From the NCBI GenBank assembly GCA_945946655.1, contig CAMEWM010000005.1, forward strand, positions 903-64,902: a DNA stretch of 64,000 nt. The letters run 5' to 3'. Source of the stretch: an uncultured Clostridium sp. (GTDB taxonomy: Bacteria; Bacillota; Clostridia; TANB77; CAG-508). The translations under genes were made by a program, and so were the position numbers. Below the pieces are notes generated by a model. That model ran no database searches. It was not told where the DNA came from and saw only the letters and a list, made by a program, of their open reading frames with translations. Shown piece by piece: positions 29,682 to 40,385 of this stretch (its first letter is position 1; each line of letters begins with the position of its first letter).

Positions 29682-30158
29682 TTATCTTCTGCACTTTCTG
29701 TTGCAACACCTATTTCTGTTGTGACAACAGCAATTACTTTTATTGTTACAGTTATTATTGCAGTTATAAGCACATTCATTACAATTGTCATTATTATCAT
29801 TTTCATTATTATCGTCATCATTATCATTATCGTTGTTAACAATTCTATTTGCTCTAAGTAAATTTGTATTTACTCTTCTTGCATTTATATTTTGAGCATT
29901 TATATTTCTAAACATTATTCCATTTCCGCATAAAATTTCACATATAAATTTTAATATAAGAGCTGTAATATATGCAATTATTGTATATATTATAGTAAGT
30001 ACTAGCAATCTTATATCACCTATCACAAATGTCACAACGAGAAAAATTGCAAAAAACGTAGCTGCTACCAACCATGGACAATTCAGTACCTTTTGAAGTA
30101 CTACTGATAGTATAATAATGGCTAATGGTATTGCAAAGAATAATAGTAACAAATCCAT
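29682..30158 (-). CDS. Membrane protein with an Asn/Asp-rich linker and a Cys-rich basic tail
   Basis: Three to four TM helices are followed by NNDNDNDDDNNENDNNDNCNECAYNCNNNCNNKSNCCCHNRNRCCNRKCRR. The SD AAGGAG is well placed. Confidence 0.65.
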   Translation of the reverse strand: MDLLLLFFAIPLAIIILSVVLQKVLNCPWLVAATFFAIFLVVTFVIGDIRLLVLTIIYTIIAYITALILKFICEILCGNGIMFRNINAQNINARRVNTNLLRANRIVNNDNDNDDDNNENDNNDNCNECAYNCNNNCNNKSNCCCHNRNRCCNRKCRR

Positions 30159-30247
30159 ATTAATTCTCCTTTTTTATTTTCTTTATTATATAATATGAAT
30201 TGTTACTATTTTAGGTTACTAATCTTCGCTATATAAAGATACGTAAG

Positions 30248-30985
30248 TTAATCATATAAAACTTCTACTAGATATAATCCATGTGCTGGCAATGTCTTTC
30301 CTGCTCTTTGTCTATCTTTTGAATTTATTATATCAGGAATTTCACTAGGATTAATTTTCCCCAATCCAACATCTAACAATGTTCCTGATATTATTCTAAC
30401 CATATTGTATAAAAATCCATTTCCTGTAAGTTCTATTATTATATTTTCTCCCTCTTCTTTTACAACAGCTTTATATATTGTTCTCACACTATTTTTTGCA
30501 CTTGTTCCACTTGACTTAAATGCTTTAAAATCATGTTCTCCTTCAAAAAATTTAGAAGCTTCTTTCATTTTTTCTACATCCAATTTTATCGGAAAACAAT
30601 ATTGTAAATTTCTATATAAAGCCGTTCCAGTTTTAGAATTATTTATTATATACCTATATGTTTTATGTTTTGCATTATATCTACTGTGAAATCTTTCATC
30701 TACTTCTTCTGCACTTTTTATTATTATACTACTTTTTAATTGTGAATTTATTGCAAGTGGAATCTTCTCTATTGGTATATTAGAATTAGTCTTAAAATTT
30801 GCAACTTGTCCCAAAGCATGTACTCCTGCATCTGTTCTACCTGAGCCTATTAGTTCAACTTTTTCTTTCGTTATATTGTAAATTGCTTTTTCAATTTCTC
30901 CTTGTATATTCAATTTGTCAGGTTGCTTTTGCCAGCCATTATAACATTTGCCATCATATTCTATTGTTAGCTTTATATTTCGCAT
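30248..30985 (-). CDS. truA: tRNA pseudouridine(38-40) synthase TruA
   Basis: MRNIKLTIEYDGKCYNGWQKQ and the catalytic motif GSGRTDAGVHALGQVANF. Confidence 0.95.
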   Translation of the reverse strand: MRNIKLTIEYDGKCYNGWQKQPDKLNIQGEIEKAIYNITKEKVELIGSGRTDAGVHALGQVANFKTNSNIPIEKIPLAINSQLKSSIIIKSAEEVDERFHSRYNAKHKTYRYIINNSKTGTALYRNLQYCFPIKLDVEKMKEASKFFEGEHDFKAFKSSGTSAKNSVRTIYKAVVKEEGENIIIELTGNGFLYNMVRIISGTLLDVGLGKINPSEIPDIINSKDRQRAGKTLPAHGLYLVEVLYD

Positions 30986-31926
30986 TATTTTTCCTCATTA
31001 GAAGAAGAGTCTTTTTCTTCTTTATTCTTCTTTTTTAATTCTTTAATATTTTTCAATCTATTTAGTTTGTTTTTTTCTTTATTGTCTAGCCTATTTGTAA
31101 TTATATTTTTTATTAATATCTTTTTTAAAGCTTCTTCTTTTACATCAGCAATAAGTGTTCCATCTTTTGCAATAGATACTTTTCCAGATTCTTCTGAAAC
31201 AACTATTGCTATAGCATCATATTCTTTAGAGATTCCTACTGCAGCTCTATGCCTTGTTCCTAACTCTTTTGATATATCTGTACCATTTGCAAGAGGCAAT
31301 ATACATGCTGCTGCAACAATTTTGTTATTGTTTATTACAACAGCTCCATCATGTAACGGCGTTTTAGGTACAAATATATTTACTAATAATTGTGGAGATA
31401 TTTCAGAATTCATTTCTATTCCTGTTGATACTATATCACTTAGGCTGATATCTCTTTGTATTACTATTAATGCCCCAGTTTTTGTTTTTGCCATTTCTTC
31501 AACAGCTATAACTATTTTATATATATCTTCTCTCGTTTTGGTTTCTATATTTTTTTCCATTCCAAAAAAATTAGTCAATTTATTTGTTCCAAGTTGTTCC
31601 AATGCCCTTCTTATTTCAGGTTGGAATATTACAACTAAAGCTATTACTCCAGATGGTAAAAATGCAGTCAATACAGAATGAACAATTCTTAAATTTAATA
31701 TTCCACTTATCCATGTTATCAATATAAAAAATATTATTCCTTTAATTAATTGCATTACTCTCGAGTCTTTAGCCAATTTTAATATTTTTACTATAATAAA
31801 TATAACTATTGCTAAATCCAAAATTAGTGATACTAATTTTATTGGATATTCTTGTAATAAGCTAATATATTGTGTAATATCTTCTCCCCAGCTTTTTATG
31901 ATACTGGTTATAAAATTTTCTTTCAT
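30985..31926 (-). CDS. cdaA: Diadenylate cyclase CdaA (DisA_N domain) with a Lys-rich C-terminal extension
   Basis: Three N-terminal TM helices, then GALIVIQRD, TPLHDGAVVI and LGTRHRAAVGIS motifs. Confidence 0.92.
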   Translation of the reverse strand: MKENFITSIIKSWGEDITQYISLLQEYPIKLVSLILDLAIVIFIIVKILKLAKDSRVMQLIKGIIFFILITWISGILNLRIVHSVLTAFLPSGVIALVVIFQPEIRRALEQLGTNKLTNFFGMEKNIETKTREDIYKIVIAVEEMAKTKTGALIVIQRDISLSDIVSTGIEMNSEISPQLLVNIFVPKTPLHDGAVVINNNKIVAAACILPLANGTDISKELGTRHRAAVGISKEYDAIAIVVSEESGKVSIAKDGTLIADVKEEALKKILIKNIITNRLDNKEKNKLNRLKNIKELKKKNKEEKDSSSNEEK

Positions 31927-31945
31927 TTCTTACCTCGGTTTTAAT

Positions 31946-32059
31946 TTAATGTAATAAGTAATATATAAGCGTTCCAGATACTGCTAATATCATCAATCCA
32001 GCTAATAATGCAGCCATTATTTTTACAAATATTTTACCTGCTTCATGTTTCTTTGCCAT
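31946..32059 (-). CDS. Small membrane protein (37 aa) upstream of cdaA
   Basis: MAKKHEAGKIFVKIMAALLAGLMILAVSGTLIYYLLH. GGAGG lies 6 nt upstream of the ATG. Below the track cutoff. Confidence 0.5.
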   Translation of the reverse strand: MAKKHEAGKIFVKIMAALLAGLMILAVSGTLIYYLLH

Positions 32060-32150
32060 AATGTTCCTCCATAAATACGTTTATTTTATAGTTACAATTG
32101 TATCAAGTTTTTACCTTAATTTTAACTGTATTTATTGTATCATTTTTCAA

Positions 32151-34121
32151 CTATTTTTTCAACATTTCAGCTAATGTTATAATAAACATTGCATGTGACC
32201 ACCCTAATCCAATTATCCATCCTGGTTTCATTGTATTATTATCAACTTGCTCTGCTATAAAGCCTAATGGGGATGCACTATTGATTACGAAGTTAAAACA
32301 TTCTTGTGCCATTTTTTTATTACCAGCTTTTAGATAATACATTGCCATCCATAAAGTTGAAACTGGCCATGGATTTTTTCCTCCGATATAGCTATCTTGT
32401 TCAAATCTTAAATATCCTCCAGTGTATGTTCGTAATGTTAAATTTATTTTTTCTACTGTATTTAATATTTTCTTTTCATTAGCTCCAAATAGCTCGAAAG
32501 GATATACTGCACCAATCATACTAACATCCATTCTATTGTCTTGTATATTCCTACGTAAAGTTTTTGTATTCTCATCATACATATTTTTATCTACATACTT
32601 CTTTATATTGTTTATTTCCGATTCAATCTTTAATGTATTTTTAGAAATTTGTTCTAACTTTAGTCTATTATTTTCATATTTTGGTTTGATTGCATCATAT
32701 ATTCCAAGCATAGCATTAAGTGCTCCATATATACTTGCAATTGAATACAAATGAACTCCTTCATTCATTTCCCATAAATCATAGCTTACATGTTTATAAA
32801 TTTTATCCTTTTCTCTGCCTTCTTCTTTTACTTTCTCTTCTATTTCCTTTTTTACTAAATCATTTTCTTCTTTTTCATTAAATATATTCTCTAAATATTT
32901 AAATAAAAAGTGCATTGCATTTTCACACATTTTTATATTGTTCGATAAAAACTTGATGTCTTTTGTAACTTTATAATGTTCAAAAACGCCATATATAACA
33001 CTTGCAGTCTCATCTATTTGATATCCCCAGCATGGTGCCAATGTTCCATCTGTATAAAATCTCTGCTCCCACATTCCATTTTTACTTTGAGTTTTTTTAC
33101 AAAATACTTCATAAAATTTTTCTGTTTCTTTAGTCATGTTTAAATCATCAAAAGCTTGTGCTATAAATATTGCATCTCTTGGCCAACAATATGAATATCT
33201 TCCACTTTTTTCTCTGTTCTCATCCACTTCTACCGTAGCAGATATTCCTCCAGTTTCTTCATTCTGTAATAATGGAAATAACAAAATTGTACGATTATAT
33301 ATTTCTTTTACCTTATCGTTTACTATCTTGTTATTACATTCTTTTATTTTAAGTCCATCATGTTTATCTAAATAGTTTGTCCAATATCTTTTTACTTGAG
33401 AATATTCTTTATTTGCATCAATTCTTTTTAAGGTTTCTATTTTTTCTTCTAGCTCTTCCATATTCTTCAAATCACTGTTATTTTCAACATACATAAATAA
33501 CGAAAAATCAATTTGGTCCCCTGATTTTAATGTTCCTAAATCATAACTTATAGCAGAATCATCAGACATGCCTATATAATCTTTATCTTCTAATACAGCA
33601 TCATTTATATAATTTTGTGTATCATTTATTCTATGACCAGAGATATCTTGGTTTGCAAATGTGCAAAATGCAAAATCATGGTTGTATTGTATAAGTCCGT
33701 TATCTATTACTTTTCCTGATACCATATTATTATGGTTTGATAGCAATTTTGAGCGTACAAGAAATCTCAAATTCAAGTCTAATTTATTTCCATTGACAAA
33801 AGTATATTTTTTTACTATTACATTTTCTTTTGTCAATGCAAAATCAGTTTGTCTTACCTTTAATTTAAAATATGTGTTTTCTATTTCTGTATTTAAAATG
33901 TTAGTATTTTCTGTATAATATTGACAGTATCTATTATTTATATCTTCATGTAAATATATAATTGCTGAGTCATTAATCTTCATTCCTATATGAAAGAAAT
34001 CTACAAATTGTTTAAAATCTACATTTGGATAATATGCCCTTAGTAGCTCTCCAGTGCTACTAAAAGTGGCCCTTATATTTTTATTTCCTATAATTGCATC
34101 ATTAAAAAATTTATTACTCAT
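32151..34121 (-). CDS. Glycoside hydrolase family 15 (glucoamylase-like)
   Basis: 656 aa with YSYCWPRDAIFIAQAF and DLWEMNEGVHLYSIASIYGAL, as in the GH15 (alpha/alpha)6 barrel. Confidence 0.85.
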   Translation of the reverse strand: MSNKFFNDAIIGNKNIRATFSSTGELLRAYYPNVDFKQFVDFFHIGMKINDSAIIYLHEDINNRYCQYYTENTNILNTEIENTYFKLKVRQTDFALTKENVIVKKYTFVNGNKLDLNLRFLVRSKLLSNHNNMVSGKVIDNGLIQYNHDFAFCTFANQDISGHRINDTQNYINDAVLEDKDYIGMSDDSAISYDLGTLKSGDQIDFSLFMYVENNSDLKNMEELEEKIETLKRIDANKEYSQVKRYWTNYLDKHDGLKIKECNNKIVNDKVKEIYNRTILLFPLLQNEETGGISATVEVDENREKSGRYSYCWPRDAIFIAQAFDDLNMTKETEKFYEVFCKKTQSKNGMWEQRFYTDGTLAPCWGYQIDETASVIYGVFEHYKVTKDIKFLSNNIKMCENAMHFLFKYLENIFNEKEENDLVKKEIEEKVKEEGREKDKIYKHVSYDLWEMNEGVHLYSIASIYGALNAMLGIYDAIKPKYENNRLKLEQISKNTLKIESEINNIKKYVDKNMYDENTKTLRRNIQDNRMDVSMIGAVYPFELFGANEKKILNTVEKINLTLRTYTGGYLRFEQDSYIGGKNPWPVSTLWMAMYYLKAGNKKMAQECFNFVINSASPLGFIAEQVDNNTMKPGWIIGLGWSHAMFIITLAEMLKK

Positions 34122-34135
34122 TAGTTTCTCCTCTT

Positions 34136-35788
34136 TTAATTATTTTCAATAATTTCAACAATTTTTCTTTCTAGTTCTTTTATTCTTTCGTTAACTTTAT
34201 TTACATCTTCATCGCTTCTCTCTTTTGATAACATATCTTCTTTTATTATATTTTTCATGTCTTCAATTTCTTCTTGTAATGTTTCCATTCTATCTAATAC
34301 TTCTAATCTTAAGAAGCGCTGTCCAATAGGCTCTTCATATTTTTTCTCCATTGTTAGATTATCATCTAATGTATATTTCTCTCCATATCCAGGTATAGTT
34401 ACAGGAATATTTGTATTTTCTACAATTTTATTTTTTAACACTAATTGTCCATTTGGTTCCCCATGCACTAAGAAAATATGTTTCGGTTTCTTTATAAATG
34501 AATATACAAAATTTAATAACCATTCTTGGTCAGCATGTCCTGAATATCCTTCAATGTATTCAACTCTAGCCTCAACACTAAATTCTTCTCCAAATATTTT
34601 TACTTTTTTAGCTCCATCTACTATTGTTCTTCCTAATGTTCCTGGCGCTTGATATCCTACAAATAATATTGTACTTTTAGGATTCCAAATATTATGTTTC
34701 AAATGATGCTTAATTCTTCCTACTTCACACATACCACTTGCCGAGATTATTATTGATGGTTCATTACTCTCATTTAGAGCCTTAGATTCATCAGCAGTTC
34801 TTGTAAATTTAAGTCCTGGAAATTCCAAAGGATTATCGCCTCGTTCCATTATTGCTTTTGTTTCATCATCAAATAAATCTTCATTTTCCCTAAATACTTC
34901 TGTCGCAGATATTGCAAGTGGGCTATCTACATATACAGGAACTTTCATTAGCTTTTCGTATTCCTCTTGGAACTTTGGATCTTTACTTTTTTCTTCTTTT
35001 ATCATGTTTAGTTCATATAATATTTCTTGGGTTCTTCCTACAGCAAACGATGGAACTACAACGGTTCCCCCGTTATCCAATGTTTCTGATACTATATCTA
35101 AAAATACTTGAGCTTTATCATCTGTTCCAACATGTAATCTATCTCCATATGTTGATTCCATAACTAAATAATCTGCATCATCAATCATTGTTGGAGACGC
35201 CAAAAGCGGAATATCATTATTTCCTAAATCTCCAGTAAATACTGTCTTAGTTGTTTTTCCATCTTCGTTTACCCATACTTCTATTATTGCTGACCCTAAC
35301 ATGTGTCCAGCATCATTAAATCTTACGTGTATATTTTCATCTATATCTATAATCTCATCGTATTTTACAGGATGGAATATCTCTAAAGATTTGATAGCAT
35401 CTTCTGCAGTATACAATGGTGGTTGTTGCTTCTGACCTTTTCTTTTTCTTTTATTGTTCTTCCATTCATTCTCTTGTTCTTGTATATGTCCACTGTCTGG
35501 CAACATTATTGAACATAAGTCGCACGTAGCTTTTGTTGCATAAATTGGCCCTCTAAAGCCTTCATTATATAATTTTGGTATTCTTCCAGAGTGATCTATA
35601 TGTGCATGTGTTAATAACATAAAGTCAATATCTTTTACATCGTATAAAAATGGAGCTTCATTTTCCATCTCATCAGTTGCTTTTCCTTGATACATTCCAC
35701 AATCAACTAAAAATTTTTTTCCTGCCCCTTCTATTAAAAAATTAGACCCAGTTACCATTTTAGTTGCACCTAAAAAAGTTATATTCAT
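34136..35788 (-). CDS. MBL-fold beta-CASP family metallo-hydrolase (RNA-specificity domain type)
   Basis: MNITFLGATKMVTGSNFLIE, HAHIDHSGRIP (HxHxDH) and beta-CASP/His motifs (GYSGHADQ, FLVHGEP), with a coiled-coil tail. The start is at the ATG 8 nt after AAGGGAG. Confidence 0.85.
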   Translation of the reverse strand: MNITFLGATKMVTGSNFLIEGAGKKFLVDCGMYQGKATDEMENEAPFLYDVKDIDFMLLTHAHIDHSGRIPKLYNEGFRGPIYATKATCDLCSIMLPDSGHIQEQENEWKNNKRKRKGQKQQPPLYTAEDAIKSLEIFHPVKYDEIIDIDENIHVRFNDAGHMLGSAIIEVWVNEDGKTTKTVFTGDLGNNDIPLLASPTMIDDADYLVMESTYGDRLHVGTDDKAQVFLDIVSETLDNGGTVVVPSFAVGRTQEILYELNMIKEEKSKDPKFQEEYEKLMKVPVYVDSPLAISATEVFRENEDLFDDETKAIMERGDNPLEFPGLKFTRTADESKALNESNEPSIIISASGMCEVGRIKHHLKHNIWNPKSTILFVGYQAPGTLGRTIVDGAKKVKIFGEEFSVEARVEYIEGYSGHADQEWLLNFVYSFIKKPKHIFLVHGEPNGQLVLKNKIVENTNIPVTIPGYGEKYTLDDNLTMEKKYEEPIGQRFLRLEVLDRMETLQEEIEDMKNIIKEDMLSKERSDEDVNKVNERIKELERKIVEIIENN

Positions 35789-35802
35789 TCGTTCTTCTCC
35801 CT

Positions 35803-37386
35803 TCATTTCAAAAATAATGGAATTCTCTTGTTTACTTTTACATTTAATAATTTTAAATTATCCACAGTTTCATTATATATACTCTCGGTCTCTTTAGCAT
35901 CATATATACTAATCGCAATATGATATTGTATTTCATTTACATATTTTTCTTCTTTTATTTTACTTATGCGAATTTGTATTTCCTTTAAATCTATTATTTT
36001 AGTTATAAAGATATATTTTAATATATTATAACAAAGACTTGTACTATTTGAAAAATTTGTTATTATTTCTTTGTCTATACAATTGTCTATAATAATATTC
36101 ATTGCTTTTTCTATCGTGTCTTGTAGTTCTTCAATATCATTGATGCATTTCCTTTTAGATATAGGAAGTAAACAATAATATCTAAATTTATATATTATCT
36201 TTTCAAAATATTCGCGACTATTTGAGTTTTGTTCCATTTTCTTTATAAATTCATTTAAAAATTCCACCTGCATATTTATTATTGATTTCTTTTTTACATT
36301 AGCATTTTCTAAGTTTGCAACCACTAATTCTAATAGATTACACTCATTTTCTACCTTTTGTTTTTGCATTACATATTTACTTGGATCTAAGAAATTATTC
36401 ATTGCTTTTATATCATTTAATTTTTCTTTTCTTTCTTTTTCCAATATATCAGATAAATAGCTTACACTAAATATTTTTTCCTTATTAGGTAACTTAGAAT
36501 TTCTTTTATCATATTCCTTTTTTAATTTTATTTTATCATTTAATGTCTCATCTATATTTTTTATATCATTGAATATATCTTTTTTCTTGTTTGTAATTTG
36601 ATCTAGAAAAGCCTTTTTATCTTCCATCAATCTTAATAATTTTGTAAGTTCTGCTAATCTATTTTTTATCTCTTCTTTTATCTTTACATCATGCTCAGCA
36701 ACTAATGTCAGAATCATCATATACATATCTTTTTCAAATGAATTAGGATTAATCAATGTTTTCTCAAAGCTTTTATTATAAAATTCTGTATTATCTATTT
36801 TTATATCTAACATCATAATATTTTGAAAAATTAAGTTATATTCTATATCTTCAATATTTTTTATATTATTATTCCAAGACCATCCATCAAAATCTCGTAT
36901 AATTTCACTATCATTTAAGCATTCCGCTTTTAATATAAATTCTTTTATTGCTTTTTCATAATAAGTTATGTTTGATATCTTTAGCTCATTTTTTTTATTA
37001 TAATTGTATTCTTCTTGTAATAAGTTCATTTGAATTAATGAATATAATAAATCTTCTTCATTTGCATATGTTAGGATAAAACCTTTATCAATATCTATTT
37101 TGCAGATTTCATCATCATTTTCTAAAAGTTTACTAGGTTCAGTTTTGGGTGTAACAACTTTTATTTCAAAGCATTGTTCCTCAACAATGCTTAAAATCTT
37201 CTCCATGAACACATCTTTTTCAGCAGCATCAAACTTAACTTTATTATAATCGTTGTATCCATTTTCTATTTTATAGAGCATACTTAGTAATAAATTTTTT
37301 ACATTTTCATCAAAAGGTTTATTATCTAGTATTTTTTCCAGCCTATTATTGTATTCATTAGAAGTAATATTTGAAAATATTTTCAT
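35803..37386 (-). CDS. Hypothetical protein (527 aa), Lys/Asn/Glu-rich, between ftsK and the beta-CASP gene
   Basis: Long ORF in an operon-like arrangement. No family recognised. Confidence 0.6.
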   Translation of the reverse strand: MKIFSNITSNEYNNRLEKILDNKPFDENVKNLLLSMLYKIENGYNDYNKVKFDAAEKDVFMEKILSIVEEQCFEIKVVTPKTEPSKLLENDDEICKIDIDKGFILTYANEEDLLYSLIQMNLLQEEYNYNKKNELKISNITYYEKAIKEFILKAECLNDSEIIRDFDGWSWNNNIKNIEDIEYNLIFQNIMMLDIKIDNTEFYNKSFEKTLINPNSFEKDMYMMILTLVAEHDVKIKEEIKNRLAELTKLLRLMEDKKAFLDQITNKKKDIFNDIKNIDETLNDKIKLKKEYDKRNSKLPNKEKIFSVSYLSDILEKERKEKLNDIKAMNNFLDPSKYVMQKQKVENECNLLELVVANLENANVKKKSIINMQVEFLNEFIKKMEQNSNSREYFEKIIYKFRYYCLLPISKRKCINDIEELQDTIEKAMNIIIDNCIDKEIITNFSNSTSLCYNILKYIFITKIIDLKEIQIRISKIKEEKYVNEIQYHIAISIYDAKETESIYNETVDNLKLLNVKVNKRIPLFLK

Positions 37387-37409
37387 ATTTTATTCATCCT
37401 TTGCTTTAA

Positions 37410-39767
37410 TTATGAATTATTTAATTCGTCCCAGCGTTCTCTAGTCATAAGAACTTCTCTAGGTTTACTTCCCTGATATCCAGAAATTATTCCTCTTTCT
37501 TCCATCTGGTCTATTATTCTTCCTGCTCTGGCATATCCTACTTTGAATCTTCTTTGTATAAAAGATGTAGATGCTTGTCCCGTATCTATTACGGTCTCTA
37601 TTGCATCATTTAACAATGGGTCTGTTTCATCATCACTATCTAGTGCACCTTCATCTATTTCTTTATCAGTACAGTTTGCCTTTTCTATATATTCTGTTAT
37701 ATCATCTCTATATGTTGTTTCTCCATTTGCTTTGACAAAGTTAACTAGTTTTTCTACCTCTTTATCTGATATAAAAGCTCCTTGAATTCTTACTGGTTTT
37801 GGTGCACCAGTTGGGAAGAACAACATATCTCCTTTTCCTAATAATTTTTCTGCTCCCACTTGGTCTAATATTGTTCTTGAGTCAACTTGTGATGATACAG
37901 CAAAAGCAATTCTTGATGGTATATTAGCTTTTATTAGACCAGTAATTACATCGACTGATGGACGTTGAGTTGCAATTACTAAATGCATGCCAGCAGCTCT
38001 CGCTTTTTGTGCTAGTCTGCAAATAGCGTCTTCCACGTCACCTTTTGCGACCATCATTAAATCTGCAAGCTCATCAATGATTATTACTATATGTGGTAAT
38101 TTTCCAAAATTATCATCTTTTTCTACTGCCTCATTATATCCTTTTAAATCTCTAACACCTTTTGAGGCAAACATAGTATATCTGTTTTCCATTTCCTGTA
38201 CTGCCCAGGCTAATGCTCCTGCAGCCTTTTTAGGGTCTGTTACTACTGGAATTAATAAGTGAGGTATGCCATTATAGACTGATAATTCAACAATTTTGGG
38301 ATCTATCATTACTAATTTTACTTCACTTGGCTTTGCTTTATATATGATACTAGAAATTAATGTATTTATACAAACACTTTTTCCAGAGCCAGTAGCTCCA
38401 GCTATTAAAACGTGTGGCATTTTTGCTATATCTGTTACTATAGCATCTCCTGATACATCCTTACCTAATGCAAAAGCTAACTTAGATTTATGATTTTTAA
38501 ACAAATCTGTTTCTAATATATCTCTTATATGTACTACTTCACTTTCTTCATTTGGAACTTCTATTCCCACAGCTTGTTTACCAGGTATTGGAGCTTCTAT
38601 TCTTATTGTCTTTGCTGCTAAATTTAATGCAATGTCATCTGCCAAATTTGCAATTTTACTTACACGTACTCCTTCTGCAGGTTTTAACTCATATCTTGTT
38701 ATAGCAGGTCCAACTGAAACATTTTCAACTTTTGCAGATACCCCAAAACTATATAATGTCTTTTGTAATTTTGAAGCTGTATCAGCTAATGCTCTCTTTA
38801 CTCCTTTTATGCCTTTTGTTTCACCTTCACTTAATAAATTAATTGGAGGAAATTCGTAGTTTTCATCCTCTACTGTAAGAGTGTGTTCTAGTTGTAATAC
38901 TTCTTTAGTTTTATCTTCTTTTTGTTCTTCTTGTTTCTTAAATAATGGATCTTCTATAAATTCAGGCGACTGTTTTTTCTCTTCTTTCTCTTTTTTATTT
39001 TTTTTCATTTCTTTTTCAACATCAAATAATTTTGATTTTTCTAAATCTTTACCATTTAAGTTAATTTGTAACTGTTCTACATCCAAAGCAGCTTTTTCTT
39101 TTTCTAACTTTTCTCTTAATTTTCTTTCTTTCTTAGTTTCCTTCTTCTCTTCAAGTCCAATTATTTTTTCAGAGCTTTCTTCTTCATTTTTAGAATTTTT
39201 GTCTTTCTTTGCTTCTTTTCTCTGTTCAGCTCCATCTATAAAATCTGAAATTCTATTTACTAAATCAATTCCAAACATTGATATACATAAAGCTATAATT
39301 ACTCCACTAGCTATAATAATAGTACCTACTTTTTCAAACAAGTTTATTAATGGAATCGTTATTACGGCTCCAATAGCTCCTCCACCAGAACCTTTAGCGC
39401 CAATATTATAAAATTGCTGAATTATATTTTCTAGGCTGTTTCCTTCTATTTGTACTGTTCCTTGATAAATTTCATATACATTCATTATTATAGCAATGCA
39501 TAGTAATAATACTGAAAATTGTACAATCTTTTTAGACCAAGAAGTTTCACCTTGATATGCTATATATATTGCTAATATAAATACTCCTATTGGTAATATA
39601 TATTTTACATATCCCATTATTCCTCCTAAGAATGGGCTTAAGTGTTCTCCAATAAAACCTGAATTCGTGTATATTAAAACAGCTAACAATATACTAGCAA
39701 TTATCATTACAGCAACAACGACATTTATATTTATTTGCTTCTTTTTCTTTCTACCTCTTTTAGCCAT
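37410..39767 (-). CDS. ftsK: DNA translocase FtsK/SpoIIIE
   Basis: N-terminal TM helices, a Lys/Glu linker, Walker [12 protein letters not shown], Walker [12 protein letters not shown], and a gamma winged helix at the C-terminus. Confidence 0.96.
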   Translation of the reverse strand: MAKRGRKKKKQININVVVAVMIIASILLAVLIYTNSGFIGEHLSPFLGGIMGYVKYILPIGVFILAIYIAYQGETSWSKKIVQFSVLLLCIAIIMNVYEIYQGTVQIEGNSLENIIQQFYNIGAKGSGGGAIGAVITIPLINLFEKVGTIIIASGVIIALCISMFGIDLVNRISDFIDGAEQRKEAKKDKNSKNEEESSEKIIGLEEKKETKKERKLREKLEKEKAALDVEQLQINLNGKDLEKSKLFDVEKEMKKNKKEKEEKKQSPEFIEDPLFKKQEEQKEDKTKEVLQLEHTLTVEDENYEFPPINLLSEGETKGIKGVKRALADTASKLQKTLYSFGVSAKVENVSVGPAITRYELKPAEGVRVSKIANLADDIALNLAAKTIRIEAPIPGKQAVGIEVPNEESEVVHIRDILETDLFKNHKSKLAFALGKDVSGDAIVTDIAKMPHVLIAGATGSGKSVCINTLISSIIYKAKPSEVKLVMIDPKIVELSVYNGIPHLLIPVVTDPKKAAGALAWAVQEMENRYTMFASKGVRDLKGYNEAVEKDDNFGKLPHIVIIIDELADLMMVAKGDVEDAICRLAQKARAAGMHLVIATQRPSVDVITGLIKANIPSRIAFAVSSQVDSRTILDQVGAEKLLGKGDMLFFPTGAPKPVRIQGAFISDKEVEKLVNFVKANGETTYRDDITEYIEKANCTDKEIDEGALDSDDETDPLLNDAIETVIDTGQASTSFIQRRFKVGYARAGRIIDQMEERGIISGYQGSKPREVLMTRERWDELNNS

Positions 39768-39875
39768 ATTTTCCTCCTTGACCCATATTATTCCATTTTT
39801 ACATGTAATAATTCTATACCAAAATAAAAAAAAAGTACATAGAATTTATAAAAAATATCCTTGCTTTACAAAAGC

Positions 39876-39913
39876 AAATATGATTTAGTAAGGATCTCCA
39901 CTAAATCATATTT
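39876..39913 (-). terminator. Hairpin terminator
   Basis: Perfect 14-bp stem aaatatgatttagt / actaaatcatattt with a 10-nt loop, downstream of the 145-aa gene. Confidence 0.7.
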
Positions 39914-39936
39914 TTAGACTACAATTCAATATAAAT

Positions 39937-40374
39937 TTATTTTACTTCTTTTCTATTGTTTTCGATAACTTTTAGAGCATCTTCTAGAGTTACTTGTACT
40001 CCGGCTAAGATACTATCAGCATAAGCTTTTGTACCATTAGATATTTCTCTAGCCATATCATTGGCATTTTCGATTATTTTATTTTTCTGTTCATAAGCTT
40101 TTTTAGTTATTTCGTGCTCATCAATCATTGATATAATTCTATTTTCTGCTTCTTTTACAATTTCACTTGCTTCTTCGTTTGCCTTGCTTATAATTCTATC
40201 ATGTTCCTCTTTAATTACTTTTGCCTGTTTCAATTCCTCTGGTAGTTTTAATCTAATTTCTTTAATTATTTCCAATAATTCTTCTTTGTCAATAATAGCT
40301 TTATGGGTAAAAGGTACTTCTTTACTATTTTCTAACATATCTTCAATGGTTTCTAACAATGTAAATATTTCCAT
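39937..40374 (-). CDS. Coiled-coil hypothetical protein (ATPase subunit-H-like annotation class)
   Basis: MEIFTLLETIEDMLENSKEVPF..., Glu/Lys-rich helices. The start lies just after the rsmD stop, preceded by AAGGGGA. Confidence 0.6.
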   Translation of the reverse strand: MEIFTLLETIEDMLENSKEVPFTHKAIIDKEELLEIIKEIRLKLPEELKQAKVIKEEHDRIISKANEEASEIVKEAENRIISMIDEHEITKKAYEQKNKIIENANDMAREISNGTKAYADSILAGVQVTLEDALKVIENNRKEVK

Positions 40375-40385
40375 GGTTTCCCCTT

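Noticed and set aside
29660-29842. 60-aa ORF (MLTTIMIMMTIIMKM...)
   Set aside because: It is an alternative frame of the repetitive Asn/Asp/Cys-tail region of the 158-aa gene. It has no SD and is a product of codon repetition.
29682-30158. Calling the 158-aa membrane protein the missing A24 prepilin peptidase
   Set aside because: Only one GD(I)(R)L-like motif is present. The first catalytic Asp motif (D-x-R/K-x-x-x-IP) is not recognisable and the start codon is well defined. It is kept only as a low-confidence idea in the findings.
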